Source of the DNA: a virus
Lineage: Duplodnaviria > Caudoviricetes
IMG/VR virus record: IMGVR_UViG_3300047555_000001
Coordinates: 1 to 46,660 of that record
Direction: 5' to 3' (one strand)
Length of the DNA stretch: 46,660 bases
This document shows, one piece after another, positions 28,084-37,986 of this stretch. Positions within the stretch are counted from its first letter, which is position 1. The number at the start of each line of letters is the position of its first letter. The translations under genes were made by a program, and so were the position numbers. The notes beneath the pieces were generated by a model. That model searched no databases, was not told the origin of the DNA, and saw only the letters and a list, made by a program, of their open reading frames with translations.

Positions 28084-28386
28084 ATGAATCGATATAAACA
28101 AATGAACAAGGCATCACGCGATAAAATTGTTAACGCTGCTTTCACAATGGCGGTGGAAGATGGGTTATTAAGTATTCGTCGTAACACAGTGGCCGAACGA
28201 GCCGGTATCGCGCACAGCTTAGTAACATATTATTTCAATATGAATGAATTACGCGACGCTATTATCCAACGTGCTATCGAATGTGAGCAAGTCGATATTT
28301 TGGCGCAAGGGTTGGCATTGAGTAACAGCGTAGCTGTGGCGGCACCTGCCAAACTAAAGAGTAAAGCACTCGCTACATTGTTGTAA
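28084..28386 (+). CDS. TetR-like HTH regulator
   Basis: RDKIVNAA...G....RNTVAERAGIAHSLVTYYF..NEL. Confidence 0.8.
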   Translation: MNRYKQMNKASRDKIVNAAFTMAVEDGLLSIRRNTVAERAGIAHSLVTYYFNMNELRDAIIQRAIECEQVDILAQGLALSNSVAVAAPAKLKSKALATLL

Positions 28387-28411
28387 CCGTCAACACAGAG
28401 AGAATAACAAC

Positions 28412-30781
28412 ATGCAAACTATCCCCCCAGCATTGGGGGCTATGAAGCCCTTTGCTCAATTTATGCTATACATCCTCGTACCCTCAACGAGTCGGCCCGG
28501 TAAAACTGATAAATTCCCTTGTAATTTGGAGGGTAAAGTCGTATCTGCGCATGAACGTCAATATTGGGTAGATGCTGATACTGCTTGCGCCGAAGCAACA
28601 CGGCGCGGCGATGGTTGGGGTGTCGCCTTCGTCCTATCCGATGATGACCCGTTCTTTTTTATTGATATAGATAATTGCCTCATTGATGGCGCTTGGTCAG
28701 CGCTGGCGCTGGAACTGTGTAATTCATTCCCCGGCGCGGCTGTAGAAGTATCGCAATCGGGTCGTGGGTTACATATCCTCGGTTCAATTGATATTGTTCC
28801 TGACCATGCTTGTAAGAATGTTCCGTTAGGTCTGGAGTGTTATACCTCCAAGCGATTTATAGCCCTAACCGGCAATGGCGCAACAGGTGATATTGCGTCA
28901 CGTCACGATGGGGCGTTCAATACCGTTGTAGCGCGATATTTCCCACAATCTGGTCAGGTTACAACCGCCGCTTGGACTACTGAACCGGTAGCGGGGAGCA
29001 GCCCCATTGAGGACGACGCTCGACTCATTGAGAAAGCCTCTAAGACGACTAGCGCGGCAAGTGTATTCGACTGTAATAAGGCATCATTTGCAGACCTGTG
29101 GACGCGCAATATAGATGCACTAGCAGCGGCATATCCCGATGACTCCCGCGAATTCGATTTATCTAGCGCTGATGCGGCACTGGCCCAACACCTCGCATTT
29201 TGGACAGGTGGACAGTGTGACCGTATTGAACGATTAATGAGACAGTCGGCGCTGGCTCGTCCTAAATGGGATAAACATAAATCCTACATGCAACGCACCA
29301 TTACCGGAGCTACCAGTCGTCAGAGCACTTATTATAGTGTCGGCGCACCCATCGAAATGACATCTGTCACGGCTGTGGTGGAGGCGGCGAACCCAGTCGT
29401 TCGTTCTGGCTTTCAATTCCTCGGTATCACGCAAGTAATGGAACATTTTAAAGGTTGCGTCTATATCGCTGATGCTCACAGGGTGTTCACTCCAAACGGT
29501 GCGATGTTAAAGACGGAACAATTTAATTCTATGTACGGCGGGTATGCTTTCTCACTGGATGAAAACGCTGATAAAAGCACCAAGAAAGCATGGGAAGCAT
29601 TTACGGAGTCGCAATGCATTGTGTTTCCCAAAGTGGATAGTTTCGTATTCCGTCCAAGTATTGCACCGGGCGCTATCATTGAGGAGGAAGGCCGGAGACT
29701 GGTTAACACCTATATTCCGCTAGATATCCCCATGATACCGGGCGACGTCGAACCGTTCATGATTCACCTGCGCAAAGTTCTACCTGACCCGCGTGACCAG
29801 CAAATTCTACTCAGCTACATGGCAGCTGTGGTTCAATATAAGGGTCATAAAATACAATGGGCACCACTGCTGCAAGGCTGTGAGGGTAATGGTAAAACAT
29901 TCTTCACTCGTTGCGTGGCTTATGCGGTTGGGCAACGTTATACCCACATGCCACCAGCCAGTGAGATAAGCGAGAAATTTAATTCTTGGTTATTTGATAA
30001 AATATTTATCGGTGTGGAAGATATTTACGTTCCTGACCAGAAATTAGAGGTGTTGGAAATCCTGAAACCGATGATTACAGGTGACAGATTAGCCCGTCGC
30101 GCAATGCAGCAAGACCAGGTAATGCATGATGTATGCGCTAACTTCATGTTTAACTCTAACCACCGCAACGCCATTAAAAAGACGCTCAATGACCGCCGTT
30201 TTGCCGTATTTTATACCGCCCAACAGGAAGCAATAGATTTACAACGTGACGGGATGAATGATAGTTATTTCCCCGACCTGTACGATTGGGCGCGCAACGA
30301 TGGATTTGCTAAGGTGGCTCACTTTCTCAGCAATTATATCATCCCATCACAGTTCAATCCGGTAACAGAGTGTCAACGTGCGCCAGTGACTAGCACCACC
30401 GCCGAAGCAGTGACCGCCTCACTAGGTGGTGTGGAACAGGAAATTATGGAAGCTATCGATGAGGGGCGAACAGGCTTTGCCGGTGGTTGGGTCAGTTCGT
30501 TTGCATTGGATAAGTTGATAGAGCGATTAAGAGCAGACAGACAGATACCACGTAACAAGCGCCGCGACCTGATGCGATCGTTAGGATATGACTGGCACCC
30601 GGCGCTTAAAGATGGGCGTGTGAATAATGTGATAATGATTGACCAGGGTAAACCTCGGTTATTTATCAAGTCTGGTCATATCATGTGCAACTTGAGCAAC
30701 GTAGCAGAGGTAACGAGACATTATCAGGCGGCACAAGGTGACCCGGTAGCTATTACACAGGTTCAACAATCAGCCCCTTAA
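28412..30781 (+). CDS. primase-polymerase / helicase fusion
   Basis: IDIDNC, EVSQSGRGLHI, SSADAALA, Walker A GCEGNGKT. Confidence 0.85.
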   Translation: MQTIPPALGAMKPFAQFMLYILVPSTSRPGKTDKFPCNLEGKVVSAHERQYWVDADTACAEATRRGDGWGVAFVLSDDDPFFFIDIDNCLIDGAWSALALELCNSFPGAAVEVSQSGRGLHILGSIDIVPDHACKNVPLGLECYTSKRFIALTGNGATGDIASRHDGAFNTVVARYFPQSGQVTTAAWTTEPVAGSSPIEDDARLIEKASKTTSAASVFDCNKASFADLWTRNIDALAAAYPDDSREFDLSSADAALAQHLAFWTGGQCDRIERLMRQSALARPKWDKHKSYMQRTITGATSRQSTYYSVGAPIEMTSVTAVVEAANPVVRSGFQFLGITQVMEHFKGCVYIADAHRVFTPNGAMLKTEQFNSMYGGYAFSLDENADKSTKKAWEAFTESQCIVFPKVDSFVFRPSIAPGAIIEEEGRRLVNTYIPLDIPMIPGDVEPFMIHLRKVLPDPRDQQILLSYMAAVVQYKGHKIQWAPLLQGCEGNGKTFFTRCVAYAVGQRYTHMPPASEISEKFNSWLFDKIFIGVEDIYVPDQKLEVLEILKPMITGDRLARRAMQQDQVMHDVCANFMFNSNHRNAIKKTLNDRRFAVFYTAQQEAIDLQRDGMNDSYFPDLYDWARNDGFAKVAHFLSNYIIPSQFNPVTECQRAPVTSTTAEAVTASLGGVEQEIMEAIDEGRTGFAGGWVSSFALDKLIERLRADRQIPRNKRRDLMRSLGYDWHPALKDGRVNNVIMIDQGKPRLFIKSGHIMCNLSNVAEVTRHYQAAQGDPVAITQVQQSAP

Positions 30782-30811
30782 TTGGGGCTTTATTTTATTT
30801 GTATAAAAGCA

Positions 30812-30840
30812 TTGACCAGTTCGTCAACGGTTGCTATATT
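30812..30840 (+). promoter_or_regulatory. palindrome-containing promoter
   Basis: TTGACC-17-TATATT with TG extension; palindrome 30812-30827. Confidence 0.8.
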
Positions 30841-30873
30841 GAGTGCATCAACCACAAAGAAGGATAAAGCAAA

Positions 30874-31047
30874 ATGATTATGAAATTAAACAGTCTGGTC
30901 AAGTCAGGTAAAATGTCAGAATTACAGGCCCGTAACTATATGTTACGTATTCGAGACAACGCTTATCGGGACGGTGCTAAAATTACGCGCATTATTCAAC
31001 AGGGTGTCGTCGTAGAACAACGTATCATAGGGTGGGTGAAGCCATGA
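30874..31047 (+). CDS. small hypothetical protein (57 aa)
   Basis: AAGGA RBS; ATGA overlap with next gene. Confidence 0.6.
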   Translation: MIMKLNSLVKSGKMSELQARNYMLRIRDNAYRDGAKITRIIQQGVVVEQRIIGWVKP

Positions 31048-31376
31048 CTAAACGTCTACTCATTATAGCAGCACTCACCCTACCGCTCAGTGTCAACGCG
31101 ACACAGTGTGACGGTACGCGACTGGCTGACTATATGACCAACATGCTTCAAGAGGGTGACGCTTGTGTCAACTTCATGCAGCGGTTCGGCGAGAAACTTA
31201 TGTGGGAGGGTGCGCCAGGTGATGCGTGTTATGACATGCGAGACTACCTGACACGCGCTGAACGTGAGAGTAAGCGACTCAAAGCGGCGGGATGTACATC
31301 ATTATCACATTATCCGGCTGAGTTACCGCGCCGGGCTAAACAACTGAGTAAGGACTTGAAAAATGTTATTAATTGA
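31044..31376 (+). CDS. exported protein with signal peptide
   Basis: MTKRLLIIAALTLPLSVNA; four Cys. Confidence 0.65.
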   Translation: MTKRLLIIAALTLPLSVNATQCDGTRLADYMTNMLQEGDACVNFMQRFGEKLMWEGAPGDACYDMRDYLTRAERESKRLKAAGCTSLSHYPAELPRRAKQLSKDLKNVIN

Positions 31377-31944
31377 CCTGCTGGTTCAAGAGTTGCCGAA
31401 GCACGGTGGATGGCCTGCGGGGGCGACACGGTGTGTTCAAGATGGTGATGGAACGATTAAATTTGATCGTTGTGTGTCAGGTATAACCCGTATGGACCGC
31501 GTATGGTTATTGAATGGTCAGCTCCCTAACTGTGGATTTAAACATGATATATGTGACGATTGGGGATTTCGTCGGGTTTATCAGAAGGAGTACGAAGCAG
31601 CGTTAAAACCTGTATGGGATGGTACAGGTGTGCCGCCTGTTGGAACTGAGTGTGAACTGTATAAAGGGGACTTTTCATTTAGCGACCGTATAAAAGATGG
31701 TGCTACTGTTAAAGTTATTGCTCATTTTGAAAATCATGGTGGTATTACTATAAATGCCGTCACTTACTCGGATGATAATGGAAATGCGATGTGTACGGGT
31801 GTAATAACCCAATGCCTGCGACCCATTCGGACAGAGCGAGATAAATTTGTTGATAGTGTGTCAGAGATTTTATGTTTACCGCCTTGGGTAGACGTAAAAC
31901 TAGCGGCTGTTAAATTATGGAACGCTGGTTATCGTAAAGTATAA
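31363..31944 (+). CDS. hypothetical protein
   Basis: 193 aa; WDGTGVPPVGTECE motif. Confidence 0.7.
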   Translation: MLLIDLLVQELPKHGGWPAGATRCVQDGDGTIKFDRCVSGITRMDRVWLLNGQLPNCGFKHDICDDWGFRRVYQKEYEAALKPVWDGTGVPPVGTECELYKGDFSFSDRIKDGATVKVIAHFENHGGITINAVTYSDDNGNAMCTGVITQCLRPIRTERDKFVDSVSEILCLPPWVDVKLAAVKLWNAGYRKV

Positions 31945-31953
31945 TTTTAACGG

Positions 31954-31977
31954 ACTGCCCCTAGTGGGCAGTTTTTT
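31954..31977 (+). terminator. intrinsic terminator
   Basis: ACTGCCC-CTAGT-GGGCAGT-TTTTT. Confidence 0.75.
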
Positions 31978-32184
31978 ATAGCGTCAGTAAATTACTCATC
32001 TGATAAATCACTACCTTTTACCCCTCCAGCCAGTTTAAACCTCCAGAATTAAATAACACTCAACATAATATTCTGTTTCCAATGTGGCACGTTAATAACG
32101 TTCTACAAGTGGTTAAAAATGCGCCACTTGTCAACCTGAGTAATTACTGGAGTTTACAACTGGTCAAATATCATGCGGTGTTTT

Positions 32185-32488
32185 TACCTGTAACTCAATT
32201 TACCCTGAATACAGGGTAGCGTCAGGGGTGCTGTAAGTGTATGATTTCACACTGTAAAGTAGAGTTACCTGAAATACCCCGCGATTTCTTTACCTATTCA
32301 CGGCTGGCGTCTCGCGGGTGTGACGTGTACACACGTGGGTGCTGCGACAGTCTCTTATAGCTACCATATTATCTCTATAGTAATTTCTTTTATAAGGGGT
32401 ATTAAGGTAAATAGTATATAGAGTAAATAAAACAGTCACTTACGATACCTCAAAATTTACCCTGTACGGTGTATTGTTCGGGGTTATT
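32185..32488. repeat. noncoding direct repeat copy 2 (origin-like)
   Basis: Matches 8739-9002; GC-rich 51-nt centre 32310-32360. Confidence 0.9.
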
Positions 32489-32546
32489 GGCGAAACTGTC
32501 AATTCTGTGGCATTATTGGGACATGTGATTATAACGGAACAGTGTT

Positions 32547-32966
32547 ATGAAAAATGAATACGGATTGACGGACAAGCAGGAGAAGTTTGTTCAAATTTAT
32601 ATCGAAACTAAAAATGCTTCTGAAGCTTATCGTCAGTCGTATAACGCTGGGAAGATGAAAGATACGTCTGTGAATGTGAACGCCAGTAAAATGTTAGCCA
32701 ATGCAAAGGTAGCGCTAAGGTTGGCTCAATTGCGCGGTGAAATTAAACAGCGTCATAACGTTACAGTCGATTCACTCATCAAAGAATTAGAAGATGCTCG
32801 ACGTGCTGCGCTCGGTGCTGAAACACCTCAGACCGGTGCAGCGGTTGCTGCAACGATGGGTAAAGCGAAACTGTGTGGACTTGACAAGCAATTAGTCGAA
32901 TTATCCGGTGATGTAACAACGCGTATGACTTTGAGCGATTTCTATGCAACCAACGTTAAATCCTAA
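32547..32966 (+). CDS. terS: terminase small subunit
   Basis: LTDKQEKFVQ.Y..T.NASEAYR..Y; overlaps large subunit. Confidence 0.9.
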   Translation: MKNEYGLTDKQEKFVQIYIETKNASEAYRQSYNAGKMKDTSVNVNASKMLANAKVALRLAQLRGEIKQRHNVTVDSLIKELEDARRAALGAETPQTGAAVAATMGKAKLCGLDKQLVELSGDVTTRMTLSDFYATNVKS

Positions 32967-34335
32967 CCTGCGGATATTTTGGGAAACGCGAGAAACCCCC
33001 GAAGGTATCCCAATTCGCTTCCGTACGCTCTATGGCGGGCGTATGTCATCAAAGTCGCATGATGTTGCAGGTATTGCGATAGCGCGCTCAAATTTCCATA
33101 CAGAGCGTTTCCTGTGCCTCCGTATGTATCAGAACCGTATCGCCGATTCGGTGTATACATTGCTCAAAGATAAAATTGATTATTTCGGCCTCAGCAACCA
33201 ATTTAAAATTTATGCCGATGCGATAGAACATAAAACCAATGGTTCAATTTTCCGGTTTTATGGGATGGCACGTAACGTTGACGAAATTAAATCATTCGAA
33301 GGTGCTACGGTTGCCTGGATTGAAGAAGCGCATAATTTAACGGAAAACATGTTCAACACGATCCGCCCTACAATCATGCGTAACGAGGGCGCGGAAATAT
33401 GGACAACGTTTAACCCTAAGTTGGCTACTGATTTTGCGTATAAGCGATTAGTGCTCAATCCTCCTACTGGTTCAATCGTTCATCAGATTAACTATCCTGA
33501 TAATCCCTTCCTGTCTGCTACAGCTTTAGCCGATATTGAATCGTCCAAGAATGAAGATTATGAAGAATTTCAGCATATTTATCTTGGTGTGCCACGTGAC
33601 AATGATGATCGGGTTGTTATCAAACGTTCATGGTTACAGGCTGCAATCGGTGCTCATCTGGAAGTTATACCTTCGATCGGTATTTGGCGCGGGGCTAAAA
33701 CACTTGGTTATGACGTCGCTGATGATGGCGGTGATAAAAACGCTACAACAGGTATGGATGGCTCAGTTTGTATCAGCCTGGACGAATGGAAAGGCGGTGA
33801 AGATGAATTACGCGAGTCGGCTGCACGTGCGAAACAGTCAGCAGAGGCTATCAACGCCTCACAGTTGGGTTATGACAGCATAGGGGTAGGCGCTGGCACA
33901 GGTTCACACTTAAACGCGTTAGGATGGCGCTCACACTTTAAATTCAACGCAGGTGGGAAAGTTAGCGAACCTAAACGTCAGTATGGAACGACTAAAATTC
34001 CCAATGAAGAATTTTTTTCCAATCTCAAAGCGCAAACATGGTGGCTCACCGCTGACCGGTTCCGTAACACTTTCTTAGCTGTCACAAAGGGTCGACGCTT
34101 TCCAGCTGACCAAATGATAAGCCTGTCGAGTGATTGTGACCCCAAATTACTTGATAAACTGATTGATGAGCTTTCCACCCCTCAACGGGATTTCGATAAC
34201 GGCGGTAAAGTCAAGGTCGAATCTAAGAAAGATTTAGCCAAACGTGAGGTAGCATCGCCAAACATCGCCGATTCGTTTATCATTGCAAACAGTCGCGGCT
34301 TATTGGCTCGTCGCTCATTGAAGGAAATCATGTGA
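32944..34335 (+). CDS. terL: terminase large subunit
   Basis: YGGRMSSKS, WIEEA, TFNP, GYDVAD, SPNIADS. Confidence 0.92.
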   Translation: MQPTLNPNLRIFWETRETPEGIPIRFRTLYGGRMSSKSHDVAGIAIARSNFHTERFLCLRMYQNRIADSVYTLLKDKIDYFGLSNQFKIYADAIEHKTNGSIFRFYGMARNVDEIKSFEGATVAWIEEAHNLTENMFNTIRPTIMRNEGAEIWTTFNPKLATDFAYKRLVLNPPTGSIVHQINYPDNPFLSATALADIESSKNEDYEEFQHIYLGVPRDNDDRVVIKRSWLQAAIGAHLEVIPSIGIWRGAKTLGYDVADDGGDKNATTGMDGSVCISLDEWKGGEDELRESAARAKQSAEAINASQLGYDSIGVGAGTGSHLNALGWRSHFKFNAGGKVSEPKRQYGTTKIPNEEFFSNLKAQTWWLTADRFRNTFLAVTKGRRFPADQMISLSSDCDPKLLDKLIDELSTPQRDFDNGGKVKVESKKDLAKREVASPNIADSFIIANSRGLLARRSLKEIM

Positions 34336-35744
34336 AATCACAAAATACTACAAACGTAGCCGATGGACTGGTTAACGTTGCGTCGGGCCTTGGGACTGCT
34401 AAGGCTAAACGTTCGCATAACCAGTTCACCTACGCAGCATTCAACACTTGGCAACAGTGGGACGCTGCGTATCAGACCAACTGGTTGGCGCGTCAGATTG
34501 TTGACATCCCCGCTGAAGATATGACGCGAGAATGGCGAACCATCAAGTGTGAAGGCGCTGAAGATATACGCATCGAAGAAGACCGGTTGATGATACCCAC
34601 AATGGTACAGGAAGCTGAGTCATGGGCGCGCCTATACGGTGGCGGCGGCATCTTGATGATCACCGGTCAGGACTTGACCAAACCGTTGAATCTGAACGCT
34701 ATCAAACGCGGCGGGCTGCAACGTTGTATCGTATTTGACCGTTATGACATGTCAGCAATGACACTCAATACTTGGAATATCCTAGCGACCAATTACATGC
34801 AGCCTGAGTTTTACACTATTACCGGTGGTGGTCAGCAAATTCATTGGTCACACTTTGCGCGGTTCCACGGTGCGCGGTTACCACGCCGTCAGATGGTACA
34901 AACGCAAGGTTGGGGTGACTCAGAGTTACGCAAATGCCTTGACGATATTATGGATATTGTCGCATCGAAAGACGGTATCGCCGAGTTGATGCAAGAAGCC
35001 AATATTGATGTGATTACCCGCAAAGGTTTAAGTGAGGAATTGGCTACCGACCAAGAAGATATGATTATCGACCGGTATGCTGTTTTCAGTCAGATGAAAT
35101 CTATCATTCAGATGGCGTTATTGGACGGTGACGAGACGCTCGAACGTCAGACGTTGAACCTGTCCGGTGTTGCACCAGTGATTGAAACGTTCATGACCTG
35201 GATTAGTGGCGCGGCTGATATTCCTGTTACTCGCCTATTCGGTACGTCTGCCAAGGGGCTGAATGCAACGGGCGAAGGGGACTTGACCAACTATTTCAAC
35301 TCCATCCGTTCGAAGCAGTTGACCCAGCTTGACCCCGGTATGCGTATGTTGGATGAAGTATTAGTTCGTTCAGCAATGGGACGCTGGCCTAAAGATTACA
35401 ACTACCAGTGGAACCCCCTCCGGCAACCAGACCAAGTTGAATTAGCTAACGCCAGTAAAATTATTGCTGACCGTGATTCTATTTATCTGGAACGCGGTGT
35501 GGTACAGGTTTCACAGGTTCAGCGTAACTTGCAAGCGGGTGAAGTGTATCAGTACAAAGATGAAGATATTGAAGAACTGGAAGGGCTTGAGGACGCCAAC
35601 ATGTTCACTGAGCCTGTAGCGCCTGAACCTACCGACGCGCCGCAATTAGACAGTAAAACATTCATGGATGGGTATAAAACGCTGATTGACAGCGGAATAA
35701 CGCATGAAATGGCAATGGCGACTTTAACAGTAAACGCCCCATAA
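34332..35744 (+). CDS. portal protein (DUF1073-like)
   Basis: IVDIPAEDMTREW, WARLYGG, IPVTRLFG...GLNATGEGD. Confidence 0.88.
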   Translation: MKSQNTTNVADGLVNVASGLGTAKAKRSHNQFTYAAFNTWQQWDAAYQTNWLARQIVDIPAEDMTREWRTIKCEGAEDIRIEEDRLMIPTMVQEAESWARLYGGGGILMITGQDLTKPLNLNAIKRGGLQRCIVFDRYDMSAMTLNTWNILATNYMQPEFYTITGGGQQIHWSHFARFHGARLPRRQMVQTQGWGDSELRKCLDDIMDIVASKDGIAELMQEANIDVITRKGLSEELATDQEDMIIDRYAVFSQMKSIIQMALLDGDETLERQTLNLSGVAPVIETFMTWISGAADIPVTRLFGTSAKGLNATGEGDLTNYFNSIRSKQLTQLDPGMRMLDEVLVRSAMGRWPKDYNYQWNPLRQPDQVELANASKIIADRDSIYLERGVVQVSQVQRNLQAGEVYQYKDEDIEELEGLEDANMFTEPVAPEPTDAPQLDSKTFMDGYKTLIDSGITHEMAMATLTVNAP

Positions 35745-35758
35745 CGGGGCGGTATTTA

Positions 35759-35929
35759 TTAATTCAAAGGCTCTCCTAAGAATCCGCGGAGAGTTGTTTT
35801 ATGAAAACATTTAGTAATTAATCCAGTATTGTATCGTATTTCAGTTGCTGCTTTTTCACATTGTGATTCATTATAGAAATTAGTTTTATCAATTTGACCG
35901 GTTGAGAGAAACACCATTAATACCCACAT
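35759..35929 (-). CDS. small hypothetical protein (56 aa)
   Basis: GAGG RBS; MWVLMVFLSTG... Confidence 0.5.
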   Translation of the reverse strand: MWVLMVFLSTGQIDKTNFYNESQCEKAATEIRYNTGLITKCFHKTTLRGFLGEPLN

Positions 35930-35938
35930 GTTCGCCTC

Positions 35939-36193
35939 TTACAAGTTATAATAATCATCTTCAGTTATTCCCGGTACGATACAATTACCGAAAACTATTT
36001 CACCATCTAAACACCGTATAAATCGGAAATTCTTATACGGTGTTGTGGGCTGTATATCACTGTCCATCGACTTTGGAAAATGACCTACATTACGTCTCAG
36101 CCAGTACACCGCGTCAAGCCTGATAGCTTCAGTGTGTAATTGCTCCATCTGGTAACTTGTCATACTGCTACCGCCTCTACCATCGATACCCAT
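35939..36193 (-). CDS. hypothetical protein (likely start 36163)
   Basis: ORF in minus-strand island. Confidence 0.55.
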   Translation of the reverse strand: MGIDGRGGSSMTSYQMEQLHTEAIRLDAVYWLRRNVGHFPKSMDSDIQPTTPYKNFRFIRCLDGEIVFGNCIVPGITEDDYYNL

Positions 36194-36357
36194 ATCTCCC
36201 GACCATCAGCGAATCGGACAAGGTGAATGGGTTTTCCGCTGCTTGTCCCACGCATATAACAACCGTACTGACCTTTCAAATAATGATACGGGCTTAACGG
36301 TTCGTCACATACATGGACAACTTTCACACATTGACCTTTGGTAAATTCTTTGCTCAT
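36160..36357 (-). CDS. hypothetical protein
   Basis: ATGA-coupled. Confidence 0.55.
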   Translation of the reverse strand: MSKEFTKGQCVKVVHVCDEPLSPYHYLKGQYGCYMRGTSSGKPIHLVRFADGREIWVSMVEAVAV

Positions 36358-36695
36358 TCTTCCCCAAGTGCTTTATTGATTACCCTTCTCGCCAATCTCA
36401 TCGGATGATTACTCACTACGAGAGACTCTTCTCCATCTTGCCAGTAATAATCTTCAACATAATCTCGGAGTTGACGCAACGCATCTAACAATTCTGGTGC
36501 GGCTGCTATTAGTTTGGCGTTAGCTCTGGTTTCTTTTGATTCAAAAGGTAATACCCCAGCACAATTAGGCGTTAATACGTTAGCTATTTTATAACGACAA
36601 CCAAGTTTAGTACCTCTAATTCGGATATACGACTTATCTACTTCTTCACTCAGTTGTGACCAAGGCCCCGGCGTACCTTTAAATTGTTTGCTCAT
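36354..36695 (-). CDS. hypothetical protein
   Basis: TPGPW...ANAKLIAAAPELLDAL motif common in phage proteins. Confidence 0.75.
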   Translation of the reverse strand: MSKQFKGTPGPWSQLSEEVDKSYIRIRGTKLGCRYKIANVLTPNCAGVLPFESKETRANAKLIAAAPELLDALRQLRDYVEDYYWQDGEESLVVSNHPMRLARRVINKALGEE

Positions 36696-36957
36696 TTCTT
36701 CTCACCCTCTGAATTAATCTACGTAGCCACGATGGAGGAATGGGTTCGAAATACGCAGCTTCAATTCCACATGTTTTGCCCATCTCGTGAAACATTCCTA
36801 TTGTGTCCTCTCTCATTGTGAATGTATGTTCAACATCAGGTGTACCATCGTCTACATTAGTGCCCGTCAATATTCTATTGTTACACCACGATGTATGCCA
36901 TAGACCGGGTGGTGTATAATGCTTGCAATCCTCGCACTTTTTCATAATTCTTCTCAT
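36679..36957 (-). CDS. hypothetical Cys-containing protein
   Basis: CEDCKHY; first gene after promoter. Confidence 0.6.
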   Translation of the reverse strand: MRRIMKKCEDCKHYTPPGLWHTSWCNNRILTGTNVDDGTPDVEHTFTMREDTIGMFHEMGKTCGIEAAYFEPIPPSWLRRLIQRVRRNEQTI

Positions 36958-36980
36958 CCTCTGAATGTGATAACATGTTC

Positions 36981-37009
36981 AATATAGCGCACATTGACGG
37001 ACTGGTCAA
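36981..37009 (-). promoter_or_regulatory. palindrome-containing promoter
   Basis: TTGACC-17-TATATT; palindrome 36994-37009. Confidence 0.8.
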
Positions 37010-37010
37010 C

Positions 37011-37787
37011 ATGAAATTAGCAGGAATTCAATACAACGTACAATTGCAACGAATGGTCAGAGCATTGAAGCGTGATATCGATGCTGAGATTGTACCATTG
37101 CTGAAACAGCTTGCGCCGGAGTATATACAAGATGCAGGCTGGTCGGATGTTGTAGCCGGTGCATTGAAACGATTGCTTGACCGCTGGACGAGTCCGTTTA
37201 GTCGTCGGGTAGCACAGGATATCGCTGATAAATTTGTTAAAAGTGCAACCACTACTCCTACGGGCCAGACATCATTTGGTATAGATATCTTCCAGAACTC
37301 ACAACAGTTGCAAGATTATCTATCTGCCGCATCTTGGCAGAACTCACAGTTAATTACATCGATACCGGTGCAATACATTGACCAGGTGTCGAATATTGTC
37401 ATGGGTAACATGCGCCAAGGTATGCGACCGAGTTACATTGAGAAAGCGCTTCAACAACAGTTCGGTGTGACACAACGTCGGGCCAAGATGATAGCGCGTG
37501 ACCAGACTGCTAAGGTTACTGGCGAGATTGCTAAACAGCGTCAACAGGGCGCAGGCTTTCAATATTTCAGATGGGTAGATAGTCATGACCAACGTGTACG
37601 TCATCGTCACCGTGAGATTGCCAATAAGATGACAGAGTACGGGAAAGGGGTATATCGTTGGGATGACTTACCGCTGAGCGATAAAGGTGAACCAATTCAA
37701 CCAGGCTCAGATTACCAATGTCGGTGTGTTGCCGTGGCTGCAAGTAATAGCGCCGTAGAAAAGTACCGGCGCGAACAAAAGGGTTAA
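37011..37787 (+). CDS. head morphogenesis protein (SPP1 gp7 / Mu F-like)
   Basis: RAKMIARDQ, W....D.RVRH.H, PG.DYQCRC. Confidence 0.85.
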   Translation: MKLAGIQYNVQLQRMVRALKRDIDAEIVPLLKQLAPEYIQDAGWSDVVAGALKRLLDRWTSPFSRRVAQDIADKFVKSATTTPTGQTSFGIDIFQNSQQLQDYLSAASWQNSQLITSIPVQYIDQVSNIVMGNMRQGMRPSYIEKALQQQFGVTQRRAKMIARDQTAKVTGEIAKQRQQGAGFQYFRWVDSHDQRVRHRHREIANKMTEYGKGVYRWDDLPLSDKGEPIQPGSDYQCRCVAVAASNSAVEKYRREQKG

Positions 37788-37954
37788 CAAGGTGAACGGG
37801 TGGAATACATCGTGTACTGTTTATAATTACCTTTACATTGGGTTACGGTCATGGTGCCGTCTTTTTTCTGTACCACTTTTTGGTGTCTGAATTCTGTTTT
37901 CTTTATGTACAATGCTTCTTCAATCGCTGCGTTGATATCGGTGAAGACGGTCAT
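37784..37954 (-). CDS. small hypothetical protein (56 aa)
   Basis: GGAG RBS; MTVFTDINAAIEEA. Confidence 0.55.
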   Translation of the reverse strand: MTVFTDINAAIEEALYIKKTEFRHQKVVQKKDGTMTVTQCKGNYKQYTMYSTRSPC

Positions 37955-37986
37955 TTCTCCATATCCTTAATCAGTCGTTCCAAATA

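Noticed and set aside
32153-32167. Additional palindrome TTTAC-AACTG-GTCAA
   Set aside because: One mismatch and a 5-nt spacer; not counted among the twelve
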